From assembly GCA_947165185.1 (NCBI GenBank), contig CAMUZL010000001.1:1-40822 (forward strand): DNA of 40,822 nt. The letters run 5' to 3'. Under the pieces are notes generated by a model. That model made no database searches, was not told the DNA's origin, and was given only the letters and a program-made list of their open reading frames with translations. Both the position numbers and the translations under genes were made by a program. This document shows, in pieces, positions 25,963-34,487 of the stretch (position 1 is its first letter; each line of letters starts with the position of its first letter). The stretch is from an uncultured Selenomonadales bacterium (GTDB taxonomy: Bacteria; Bacillota; Negativicutes; Selenomonadales; Selenomonadaceae).

Positions 25963-28900
25963 ATGAACAGCTCATTGCCGTTTGACACTGCGAAATTTAA
26001 TGAAATTACAATCGCCGCAATCATTTGCGAGCCTGTTTTAAATATCGGCGGTTCTTTGCGCGACTATCGGATTGTTTTCGGCAATGAAGCTTTTGCGCAC
26101 ATTTGGCACACATTCGGGCGCGTTGAAGATTTTGTCGGCGAGTTGGTCATTGAAAACGGTTTGGCAAGCAACGAAATTTTGACGCCGTCGCAAGCGTTTT
26201 TGAAAACTTTGCGTCGCGGTGAGCTTTGCGTGCATTTTCAGCCGATGAACGAGTTGCCCGCGCCTTATGTCGGATTTTTTTTGACGAACGTTTCAGAGTA
26301 CGAAAAAATTTCCGCGCAGGAACATTTTTTGCGTTCGATTCGTCAAATGGAGGGCGCGTCAATACTCATGCGCGAAAATATCGGCGGACGTTTGGAAGTA
26401 ATTTTCGTGTCGAAAAATTTCGCCCGCATGATGGAATGTTCCGTTGACGACGCGTTGAAACTTTTGAACGGGCGCGGAGTTATCGCCTTCACGCACCCCG
26501 ACGACCGACTTGCCGTCAAGCGAATGTTGCGCCGCCGCGTTTCCGAAGAGAGCACGAAAGATTTGACGATTCGCCAGATCACAGCGAAAGGCAACGTCGT
26601 TTGGTGCAACGTGAATTATACTTTCGTTGACGATTTCGGCGAACATTACGTTTATTGCACATTTTTTGACGTGACGAGCCTGAAAGTTTACGCGCAACGC
26701 CTTCAAACGACTTACATGGCTGTCGGCGACAATTTTTATCGCGCCAACGAAAAAACGCTGTCGATGTTCCGCGTCAACCTCACCCGCAACAAAGTCGAAG
26801 ATATTCAAGGCAAAGATTTATTCGGCACGGATTCGGTGATTCGCCCGTATTCGGAGCTGATTAATTTGCGTGCGAAAAATTATCCGATTGACGAGGAGCG
26901 CGAAAATTTTTTGGCGACGTTCAACCGCGACCGAATCAAAGAAAAATTTTTGCGCGGCGAAACTTCGCTGGCAATGTATTTATTTTCGCGGCGCAAGGAC
27001 GGGCATTATTGTTACGTGCATTATCGGGCGGTCTTCACGCGTCACCCGATTTCAAACGAAATTATTATTTTTATCGCCGAACAGGAAGCCGGCAAGGAGA
27101 AAGTTGAAGGTGCCCTGCTCGATAAAATTTTGGCGCGGCAATTCGACATGGTTGCGTACATTGCGAACGAAAAATACAGCGTGGTTGTCGGCGACGCGGC
27201 TTTAATCGGCAAAGGCAGCATTTTTCCGCATACCCGCGAAGGAATTTACGAAGAATATTTGCGCAACCAAGTTTATCCCGTGCTTGAAGGCGATCACGAA
27301 GTCAAAAAAAATCTTCGCGAAGCTTTGACTTTCGACGCCGTCAAGAAAAATATCGCGAAGTCTGAACCTTACGTCGTCAACATTGCGTGTAAAATCGGCG
27401 GAGAAATTTTTTACAAGCGGCTGGATTTTTATTCAATCGACCCCCGCGCAGATTTTTTCATCCTGCTCAAGAGCGACACGACCGAAATTCAGCGCAAACA
27501 AATCGAACAGAACGAACGACTCAAAGCCGCGTTGACCGAAGCCAAACAAGCCAACGTCGCGAAAACGGCTTTTTTGTCGCGAATGAGCCACGAAATCCGC
27601 ACGCCCATGAACGCAATTATCGGGCTGGACAACATCGCGCTACACGAAAAAGATTTGTCGCCGACGCTGACGAAACATCTTGAACAAATCGGCACAAGCG
27701 CACGTTATCTGCTGTCAATCATCAACGACATTTTGGATATGTCACGGATTGAGAGCGGACGAATGACTTTCCGCAACGAAGAATTTTCTTTCCCGTCGTT
27801 CGTCGACCAAATTAAAACGCTCGTCGACGGGCAATGCCGTGACAAAGGTTTGACGTTCGATTGTGAAACTCGCGGCTCAATCGGCAAATATTACATCGGC
27901 GACGATACAAAACTTGAACAAGTTTTGATTAACATTTTGGGCAACGCCGTCAAGTTCACCGACACGGGCGGAAGAGTTTCTCTGCTGATTGAATGCACCG
28001 CGCAATACGACGGGCAATCGAATTTCCGCTTCACGATTAAAGACACGGGCATCGGCATGAGCAAAGATTATCTGCCGAAAATTTTTGAGCCGTTCAGCCA
28101 AGAGGACGACACCACAACTTCGCGCTACGGCGGCTCCGGTCTCGGCATGGCGATAACGAAAAATATTGTCCAGATGATGAACGGCTCGATTGTCGTTGAG
28201 TCCGAAAAGGGCGTCGGTACGGAATTTACCGTCAATGTTCCGCTCAAAGACTCAAGCCGCAGTGACGACGACAATTCCGAAGAAATGCGCCCGCAAGATT
28301 TTTCCGTGCTGATTGTCGACGACGAACAACTTGCCCGCGACCACGCAAAATCCGTGCTTGAGGAAGTCGGCATTTCGGCGGAAACCTGCGCGAGTGGCAA
28401 GGAAGCTTTGGAACTGATTCAACTGCGCCACGCCCGCCGCGAAGATTACAATTTGATTTTGGTAGATTGGCTTATGCCCGAACAAGACGGAATTTCGCTG
28501 ACCCGCGAGATTCGCAAAATTTTGGGCAACGACACGGCGGTTATCGTGCTGACGGCTTACGATTGGTTTGAAGTCGAGGACGAAGCTGTTAAAGCGGGCG
28601 TCGATACTTTCATGGCGAAGCCGCTCAACGCCGCAAATGTTTTGTACGAATTCCAACAGGCGTTCCACCGCAAGAAACAAATTCAGCCCGAAAAGAAACT
28701 TGCCGCGCTTGAAGGCAGAAAAATTCTCGTCGTCGAAGATATGCCCGTCAACGCCGAAATCATGATGATGATTTTGGAAATGCGCGGAATGGTCTCGGAT
28801 ATGGCGGAGAACGGGAAAATTGCCGTCGACAAATTTGCCGCGTCACCGCCGAAACTTTACGACGCAATTTTAATGGATATCCGAATGCCCGTCATGGACG

Positions 28901-29094
28901 GATTGGCCGCCGCCGCCGCGATTCGCGAACTCGACCACCCCGATGCCAAAACCGTGCCGATTATCGCAATGACTGCCAACGCCTTTGACGAAGATGTTCA
29001 ACGCTCACTGAAAGCCGGCATGAATGCGCACTTAACGAAGCCCGTCGACCCCGAACAACTTTACAAAACTTTGCAAGAACTGATTCGCGACTAA
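25963..29094 (+). CDS. hybrid sensor histidine kinase with PAS-like N-terminal region and two C-terminal receiver domains
   Basis: H-box FLSRMSHEIRTPMNAIIG. N/G boxes ILGNAVKFT, DTGIGM and GGSGLGMAI. REC1 LIVDDEQ...LILVDWLMPEQDG. REC2 LVVEDMPVN...AILMDIRMPVMDG...TANAF...KP. Confidence 0.9.
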   Translation: MNSSLPFDTAKFNEITIAAIICEPVLNIGGSLRDYRIVFGNEAFAHIWHTFGRVEDFVGELVIENGLASNEILTPSQAFLKTLRRGELCVHFQPMNELPAPYVGFFLTNVSEYEKISAQEHFLRSIRQMEGASILMRENIGGRLEVIFVSKNFARMMECSVDDALKLLNGRGVIAFTHPDDRLAVKRMLRRRVSEESTKDLTIRQITAKGNVVWCNVNYTFVDDFGEHYVYCTFFDVTSLKVYAQRLQTTYMAVGDNFYRANEKTLSMFRVNLTRNKVEDIQGKDLFGTDSVIRPYSELINLRAKNYPIDEERENFLATFNRDRIKEKFLRGETSLAMYLFSRRKDGHYCYVHYRAVFTRHPISNEIIIFIAEQEAGKEKVEGALLDKILARQFDMVAYIANEKYSVVVGDAALIGKGSIFPHTREGIYEEYLRNQVYPVLEGDHEVKKNLREALTFDAVKKNIAKSEPYVVNIACKIGGEIFYKRLDFYSIDPRADFFILLKSDTTEIQRKQIEQNERLKAALTEAKQANVAKTAFLSRMSHEIRTPMNAIIGLDNIALHEKDLSPTLTKHLEQIGTSARYLLSIINDILDMSRIESGRMTFRNEEFSFPSFVDQIKTLVDGQCRDKGLTFDCETRGSIGKYYIGDDTKLEQVLINILGNAVKFTDTGGRVSLLIECTAQYDGQSNFRFTIKDTGIGMSKDYLPKIFEPFSQEDDTTTSRYGGSGLGMAITKNIVQMMNGSIVVESEKGVGTEFTVNVPLKDSSRSDDDNSEEMRPQDFSVLIVDDEQLARDHAKSVLEEVGISAETCASGKEALELIQLRHARREDYNLILVDWLMPEQDGISLTREIRKILGNDTAVIVLTAYDWFEVEDEAVKAGVDTFMAKPLNAANVLYEFQQAFHRKKQIQPEKKLAALEGRKILVVEDMPVNAEIMMMILEMRGMVSDMAENGKIAVDKFAASPPKLYDAILMDIRMPVMDGLAAAAAIRELDHPDAKTVPIIAMTANAFDEDVQRSLKAGMNAHLTKPVDPEQLYKTLQELIRD

Positions 29095-29117
29095 AAATTA
29101 AATTATCGCAACCAAAA

Positions 29118-29141
29118 GAGGCCGTCACGGATGACGGCCTC
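29118..29141 (+). repeat. 21-nt GC-rich hairpin repeat, copy 2 (10-bp stem gaggccgtca/tgacggcctc)
   Basis: Identical to 1419-1439 over 21 nt. Located 24 nt after the kinase stop codon. Confidence 0.7.
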
Positions 29142-29361
29142 TGCCGACGCATTTGCGTGACGCAAATTCCGTCGGCCAAAAAGTTTCACGACAACATTTA
29201 GGATTTACGAAAACGCAGTCCTCGCCCGCCGCGTAGGCGGCAACGTAGACGTTGCATCCAATTTGGGTTGGCGTTTTCGTTTAAAAGGCGAATCGGCTAT
29301 CCAAACTGTTCCCCCCGCTTTTAAAGCGGGTCTTTGCCGTCAAAGAAAAGTAACATAAAAA

Positions 29362-29811
29362 CTACCAGCGCAATTTCCGTTGCCACGCCAGCAAATCTTT
29401 TTTGCTCAGCGGCAAATCAATCGACTGCCCGTTGTCGTAATAAAATTTTACGCGCACTTCTTTGGCGACAAGCAAATCTTTCAAGCTCGATTTCGGCAGG
29501 TGAACAAAAAATTTATTTTCGTTGCGCAAACCTTTGGAAGTTTGTTTCGTGATAATATCCAACTCCCACGGCGCGCCGTCCGTGAAAAGAATCGCCTTGT
29601 TTAAAAGTTTCGACTTGTCGTAACGATAATCCCACAAACTCAGCGTTGCACTTTCCCAATTTCCGTCGCCGTCGCGGGCAACTTGAAATTCCGTCGCCGC
29701 GTACTTGTCCAGAGTGTCGGCTTCGCGGTGGTCATAATGCCAAGTGTAGCTTGCGCCGAAAATTCCCAGCAGAATCAGCGAAACGCCCACCCCCAACAAA
29801 ATTTTTTGCAT
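29362..29811 (-). CDS. hypothetical membrane-anchored protein (149 aa)
   Basis: GGAGGT RBS and ATG at 29811. One N-terminal hydrophobic helix (ILLGVGVSLILLGIFGASY). No recognisable motif. Confidence 0.55.
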   Translation of the reverse strand: MQKILLGVGVSLILLGIFGASYTWHYDHREADTLDKYAATEFQVARDGDGNWESATLSLWDYRYDKSKLLNKAILFTDGAPWELDIITKQTSKGLRNENKFFVHLPKSSLKDLLVAKEVRVKFYYDNGQSIDLPLSKKDLLAWQRKLRW

Positions 29812-29830
29812 GACCGACCTCCGCTTTTGC

Positions 29831-29880
29831 TTTACATTTCGCTCGTTCTTATAGTACAATACGCACGGTGTATTTTTCAA
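29831..29880. promoter_or_regulatory. overlapping divergent sigma70-like promoters
   Basis: Plus strand: TTTACA (29831-29836), 18 nt, TACAAT (29855-29860). Minus strand: TTGAAA (29880-29875), 18 nt, TACTAT (29856-29851). Confidence 0.4.
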
Positions 29881-29905
29881 TAATTTTTTCGGGGGGAGTT
29901 CTTTT

Positions 29906-30286
29906 ATGCTCAGACCGCGCTTTGATGACGAAGAAGAAGTTTATATTCCGGAGATAGGCGAAGACGATTCCGATTTCAACATGCACGACCGCATTCCGCA
30001 TTCCAACGCGGGCATTGCACTCGGTTGGTCGGCTCTCGAACAACAAATGTTCGACATGCTTTTGTTAAATCGTTTTGCAGCCGACGATCAAGAATTGCTT
30101 GACGAGACGGCGCGCACAATTTCCCGACTGGTTGAAACTTTCGAGGCTCACGAAATCGCCCGCATCATGTCGGTGGCGATGATGTCATTTCAGCTTGCCG
30201 CCGCCGAAGAAAAATCTTTCGAGGACGAATACAACAAGTACCGCGATTATATCAAGAAACACCCCGAAGACGTGGAAGAAATTTAA
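29906..30286 (+). CDS. hypothetical acidic protein (126 aa)
   Basis: GGGGGAG RBS 8 nt upstream, and the gene is followed by its own terminator. No recognisable motif. Confidence 0.55.
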   Translation: MLRPRFDDEEEVYIPEIGEDDSDFNMHDRIPHSNAGIALGWSALEQQMFDMLLLNRFAADDQELLDETARTISRLVETFEAHEIARIMSVAMMSFQLAAAEEKSFEDEYNKYRDYIKKHPEDVEEI

Positions 30287-30310
30287 ACGTTCGGCAATCG
30301 GATTGAAACG

Positions 30311-30346
30311 AAGTCGCAGGATTCTTTCGGCGGCTTATTTTTTTTT
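30311..30346 (+). terminator. rho-independent terminator
   Basis: aagtcgc (30311-30317) pairs with gcggctt (30330-30336, one G-U pair), followed by a and T9. Confidence 0.65.
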
Positions 30347-30412
30347 GAGAGGTATTAATTTGGCTTTACCAATAATGCGCCACGAAAGATATGAAGTGGC
30401 ACAAAAAAATTC

Positions 30413-30441
30413 TTGTCATGCTTTAATCGTCCTTATATAAT
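30413..30441 (+). promoter_or_regulatory. near-consensus sigma70 promoter with no downstream ORF
   Basis: TTGTCA (30413-30418), a 17-nt spacer, then TATAAT (30436-30441). Confidence 0.55.
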
Positions 30442-30447
30442 AAGAAA

Positions 30448-30746
30448 AATTTTTTGAATATGAGTGGTGAATAATTTTTGGGGACAGACCAGTCGTTAAA
30501 GGCAGTTCAAACTCTACCCGGACGACCAGTAAAACAGCTGTAGCAGCGGCCGAGCCTTTCGACCCCTGTCGCCCACCACAACGCCAAGATGGAGGAGACC
30601 CCATCAGACTTCGCTTTCATTAGAAGCTTTGGTTGTTGATAACGGAATCCGCCGGCTTTTGCCGTGGGGAGTATGTCAAGGCAAATTTTATATAAGCGCA
30701 CGATCTGCGTGATTATTATCCCGTCACGGCGACGGGATATTTTTTT
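30448..30746 (+). ncRNA. candidate structured small RNA of unknown class (~300 nt, promoter to terminator)
   Basis: Bounded by the promoter above and a plus-strand terminator (8-bp stem 30718-30725 / 30731-30738 plus a T-run 30740-30746). Long helix: 30480-30487 pairs with 30566-30574, and 30492-30503 pairs with 30554-30563. Hairpin 30588-30605 is capped by a GAGA tetraloop. No ORF with an RBS. Locally GC-rich. Confidence 0.45.
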
Positions 30747-30815
30747 GCCAAAAATTTTTCGGCGGGCTGTCGACGATTCAGCCGGTATCGAAAAGTTTCG
30801 GAATTGTGTCGTGTG

Positions 30816-33782
30816 TCATTTGCTCAGCGTCTTGCCGTTGATGTGATAAATTTCGCCGTTGATATTGAAGGTCGACGAAGAATCAACGCCGCTGAAAATA
30901 ATTTTGCCGCCGCCTTTAACGTTGAGCGTCAGATTGCTGCTTGAAAATGTCGCCTTGGTGAACTTGCCCGTTGAGCCGTCCGCGTTGAGAATTTGCAACA
31001 GATCATCTTCCGCGAAGTCGAAAATTTTATCGGTGCCGCTGTTCGCGAAGTAAACGAACGTGTCGGAGCCGTCGCCGCCCCAAAGTGAATCGTTGCCCGC
31101 ACAGCCGTTGATTGTCGAACCTGCGTCGCCCGCGTAAATTTTATTGGCCTTGGCGTTGCCGGTGATGTCGGTGACGTTGCCCGTTGCGGTGAAATTGGTT
31201 TTCGACGAACCGAGCGTCGCGGAAGTTTTGCCCGCGTCGTAAAAAATTCCGCCGTCAAAAATTTTCGTTCCGTCATTATCCGTAAAGGTGACTGTCGACG
31301 AATCTTTGACGGTGATTTTTTTTGAGCCGACTTTTAAGTAAGTGTTGCCGCTTGAAACGGAGCCGTCCGAAACCGCGCCCGTGATTGATAAGTTATCGTC
31401 CGCGCCGAAATTCATCAAAGTATCGTTGCCGCCCTTCGCCCAGATAAAAATATTTTCGTCGCCGAGGTAAATTTTGTTCGCTTTGGAATTGCCTTTAATC
31501 GTCGCGTTTGAAGTCAAGCCCGCGTTAATCGTGACAATGTTTGAATCCGCCGTGTAATTTTTCGTCGACGCGCTCAAGGTAACCGCCGTGCCCGCCGTGT
31601 TTAAAATTTCGTCGTCCGTGAAAATATTCGCCGTGGTCTTGCCGCCCGAAACGAGAGAAATTTTTTTGCCCGCGCCGTTGGCAATCGTCACTGAACCTTC
31701 GGCAAGGTTGAGCACAACATTTCCGCCCGTGACGGAAAAATTTTCGAGTGACGAACTCAACGAAATTTTGTCGTAACCTGTGCCGTAATCTGTGATGAAA
31801 TCGTTGCCGCCCGCCGTGACAAAGGTGTCGTTGCCCGTGCCGCCCGTCAAAGTCGCGCCCGCCGCGTTTGAAATAATTTTGTTGGCTTTGGAATTGCCGA
31901 TAATGGAAATAATTCCGTCCTCCGCCGTGTAGTTGCTTGCCGACGAGCCGAGCGTTGCGGAAGTTTTTGCCGCGTCGTAAAAAATTCCGCTGTCGAAAAT
32001 TTTTATGCCGCTTGAATCGGCGAACGTGACGAGCGAAGAATTTTTGACGGTGATTTTATTCGAGCCGACTTTTAAATAAGTTGTGCCGCTTGAAACAGAG
32101 CCGTCCGAAACCGCGCCCGCGATTGAAATTAAATCGTCCGTGCCGAAATTGTAAAGCGTGTCGTTGCCGCCTTTTGCCCAGACGAAAACATTTTCCGCGC
32201 CGAGTGAAACTTTATTGGCTATGGAATTTCCGTTGATTGTCGCGTTTGAAGTCAAGCCCGCGTCAATCGTGACAACTTTTGAATCCGCCGCGAAATTTTT
32301 TGTCGACGCGCTCAACGTGACGGAAGTGCCCGCCGAATTAAAAATCCCGTCGTCCGAATAAATTTTGCCGGAAGTGACGGAAATTTTTTTGTCCGCCGCG
32401 CCCGTCAAAATCAACGAGCCGTTATCAAATTCAAAAACAAAATCATCGCCGTTCGCGCCGAAATTTTTCAGCTGAGCCGAGCCGATTGAAATTTTGTCGT
32501 TGCCCGTGCCGTAGTCCGTGACGGTATCGTTGCCCGCGCTCCAAATGAAAATGTCCGCGCCGGTGCCGCCCGTCAAAACGTCGTCGCCTTTGCCGCCGTC
32601 GAGCGTGTCGGAATTTTTTCCGCCCGTGATTGTGTTGGCAAGCGCGTTGCCCGTAATTTTAACTGCCTTCGTGCGCGTGGAGGCGTCAACAACTTTAATC
32701 GCGGAATTTATCGTGACGGGCGAACTTGTCGAGTCTGTGACGGTCAAAGTTGTACTCGCCACAGTGTCGTTGTCCGTGCCGCCGCTCACCGTGCCCGTGC
32801 CGGTCGAGTTGGCAGCCTGATAAGCAAGGTAGCGCAGGAAAATATATCCGCCCGCGTAACTCGCCGAAGTGACGCCCGAAACGCTGACGGTGTTCGTGTT
32901 CAAGACAATCGCTTGACTAAGTTTCGTTGACGAGCCTGCCAAAGTTTTCAGCGAAGCCGAGCGCGTGTCGTCGATGCCGTGCGTTAAATCCGCCATACCT
33001 TCCTTGAGGAACGCGGGCAGATAATCAAACCAATCGATATTCGCACGCATGACGGCATGGGTCAATTCGTGCGCGATTGTTCGGTCGAGATATTTTTGCC
33101 CGTTGTTCGACTCGCCGTCTTCGCCCGAAACATTTCCGTAATAGTACGTGTTGATGTGGAGCTTTAAATCGTTCGTGGATTTCTGCGCGTTGCCGGGACC
33201 GCCCCACGTCACCGCCAAAGAGCCCGCGCCTTCGTCGGCAAGGACAACCCAAAGCGTTTTGGTGACGGCGGAACTTTTGGAAGTGAAGCTGTAATTTTCA
33301 CCGTAACTTTCGGCAATGAGGTCAAGTCCGCCCGCAAGCCACCACGTGTAAAACGACTGCCAAATATAAATTTCGTTGTCGCTCAAGTCGCTGAAACTTC
33401 TTGCAACGGTTTTGCCCTCGGAATCGACTTGCCCCAGCTTGACGGTCAGTCCGTTCGTCGTGAAAGAATCGCCCGTGAAATTTATAAGCGCGCTGCTTTC
33501 GGGCACGATTGATTCAGCAGTCTTGACAGTCGAGCCGCCCGCGTCCGCGCCGGTTATCGCGCCCGTGTCGGAGTTGTCCAAAATTATTCCGCAGTAATTT
33601 CGCAAAAAATTATCGGCACTGCCCGCAGTTTTGCAATCGCTCAAAAGTTGCGCACGAAAATCCGCGTAGCTTGAAAAATTCGAGACAGCCGAAATCGCCG
33701 CGTCCAAAGCGTCTTCGCCTTTTTCGGTCGTCGTGTCCAAAATCGCCATGAAATTTTTTATAACGTCCTGTTGAGTCGCCAT
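30816..33782 (-). CDS. RTX-family paralog E (988 aa): N-terminal HExxH gluzincin-like domain, short RTX block, beta-rich repeats and the family C-terminal module
   Basis: HELTH at 33057-33071 followed by EGMAD. GGKNSDTLDGGKGDDVLTGGTGADIF nonapeptides. GGGAGGGA RBS before the ATG at 33782. Confidence 0.88.
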   Translation of the reverse strand: MATQQDVIKNFMAILDTTTEKGEDALDAAISAVSNFSSYADFRAQLLSDCKTAGSADNFLRNYCGIILDNSDTGAITGADAGGSTVKTAESIVPESSALINFTGDSFTTNGLTVKLGQVDSEGKTVARSFSDLSDNEIYIWQSFYTWWLAGGLDLIAESYGENYSFTSKSSAVTKTLWVVLADEGAGSLAVTWGGPGNAQKSTNDLKLHINTYYYGNVSGEDGESNNGQKYLDRTIAHELTHAVMRANIDWFDYLPAFLKEGMADLTHGIDDTRSASLKTLAGSSTKLSQAIVLNTNTVSVSGVTSASYAGGYIFLRYLAYQAANSTGTGTVSGGTDNDTVASTTLTVTDSTSSPVTINSAIKVVDASTRTKAVKITGNALANTITGGKNSDTLDGGKGDDVLTGGTGADIFIWSAGNDTVTDYGTGNDKISIGSAQLKNFGANGDDFVFEFDNGSLILTGAADKKISVTSGKIYSDDGIFNSAGTSVTLSASTKNFAADSKVVTIDAGLTSNATINGNSIANKVSLGAENVFVWAKGGNDTLYNFGTDDLISIAGAVSDGSVSSGTTYLKVGSNKITVKNSSLVTFADSSGIKIFDSGIFYDAAKTSATLGSSASNYTAEDGIISIIGNSKANKIISNAAGATLTGGTGNDTFVTAGGNDFITDYGTGYDKISLSSSLENFSVTGGNVVLNLAEGSVTIANGAGKKISLVSGGKTTANIFTDDEILNTAGTAVTLSASTKNYTADSNIVTINAGLTSNATIKGNSKANKIYLGDENIFIWAKGGNDTLMNFGADDNLSITGAVSDGSVSSGNTYLKVGSKKITVKDSSTVTFTDNDGTKIFDGGIFYDAGKTSATLGSSKTNFTATGNVTDITGNAKANKIYAGDAGSTINGCAGNDSLWGGDGSDTFVYFANSGTDKIFDFAEDDLLQILNADGSTGKFTKATFSSSNLTLNVKGGGKIIFSGVDSSSTFNINGEIYHINGKTLSK
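31000..32480 (-). repeat. diverged in-frame duplication, period 738 bp (246 aa)
   Basis: gtcgacgcg landmarks at 31564 and 32302. Protein segments (A/S)VTLSASTKN(F/Y)..DS..VTI(D/N)AGLTSNATI.GNS...SSGxTYLKVGSxKITVK occur twice. Confidence 0.75.
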
Positions 33783-33805
33783 AGCCGTTCCCTCCCGAAA
33801 AACTT

Positions 33806-33845
33806 TGCTAACAGCTGAAAGCTAAAAGCTGAAAGCTGAAAGCTA
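33806..33845. repeat. heptanucleotide tandem repeat (AGCTRAA) x5.7 in the 5' leader of paralog E
   Basis: The sequence reads tgctaac agctgaa agctaaa agctgaa agctgaa agcta. Confidence 0.8.
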
Positions 33846-33890
33846 TCTTCGCAGACAGTTTATAAAAATTTTCGCGTCGACGCAACCGCC

Positions 33891-33919
33891 TTGAAACTTT
33901 ATTTGAAGCGTGTTACTAT
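33891..33919 (+). promoter_or_regulatory. sigma70-like promoter for ilvN
   Basis: TTGAAA (33891-33896), 17 nt, TACTAT (33914-33919). Confidence 0.45.
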
Positions 33920-33956
33920 TCGCCGTGAAATTTTTTTTGGAAGGAGTCGGCAACTC

Positions 33957-34487
33957 ATGAAGCACGTTTTGTCGGTCTACGTCGAAAATCAACCCGGCGT
34001 CCTCGTGCGCGTGGCAAGCATGTTCAGCCGCCGCGAATTTAATATTGACAGTCTTTCGGTCGGGATAACGCAATCGCCCGAATTTTCGCGAATAACGGTT
34101 GTCGTGCACGGCGACGCAAATTATATCGATCAAGTCATTAAGCAACTGGAGAAAATGCCCGTCGTTCAGGCGGTTCAGCGTCTTGATTCGGCGACGGCGG
34201 TCACTCGCGGCATGACGATGATTAAAGTTTCCGCCGACGACACCACGCGCCTCGACGTTTTGAAAATGGCGGAACTTTTTCGCGCTCACGTTGTCGACGT
34301 TCAGCCGACGACACTTATCTTTGAAATTACGGGCAACGACGAAAAAGTCACGGCATTTACGCGGTTGCTCGCGCCCTACGGAATTTTGGAAGTTATTCGC
34401 ACGGGATTAATCGCCCTTGAGCGCGGCGAAAACACAATCAACGATTATCGGCAGGTCGGCGAATACTACAGCAAAAATCTTTTGTAG
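33957..34487 (+). CDS. ilvN: acetolactate synthase small (regulatory) subunit
   Basis: ACT-domain N-terminus MKHVLSVYVENQPGVLVRVASMFSRREFNIDSLSVG, typical of IlvN/IlvH. GGAAGGAG RBS. The ATG at 33957 is preferred over the ORF-track start. Confidence 0.88.
   Translation: MKHVLSVYVENQPGVLVRVASMFSRREFNIDSLSVGITQSPEFSRITVVVHGDANYIDQVIKQLEKMPVVQAVQRLDSATAVTRGMTMIKVSADDTTRLDVLKMAELFRAHVVDVQPTTLIFEITGNDEKVTAFTRLLAPYGILEVIRTGLIALERGENTINDYRQVGEYYSKNLL

Noticed and set aside
30448-30746. Assignment of the candidate RNA to tmRNA, RNase P RNA, SRP RNA or a common riboswitch.
   Set aside because: Four hallmark cores are absent: the GGAUUCGAC...UCCACCA tRNA-like ends (tmRNA), GGAAAGUCC (RNase P), the GGAAGGAAGCAGC-type helix-8 motif (SRP), and the B12/TPP/T-box cores I can recall. 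Partial resemblances (CUGUUUUACUGGUC, GCUGUAGC, GGCCGAGC) are too short. It is left as unknown class.
30664-30846. 60-aa plus-strand ORF overlapping the terminator and the end of paralog E.
   Set aside because: It has no RBS, it spans an intrinsic terminator hairpin, and it overlaps the convergent gene.
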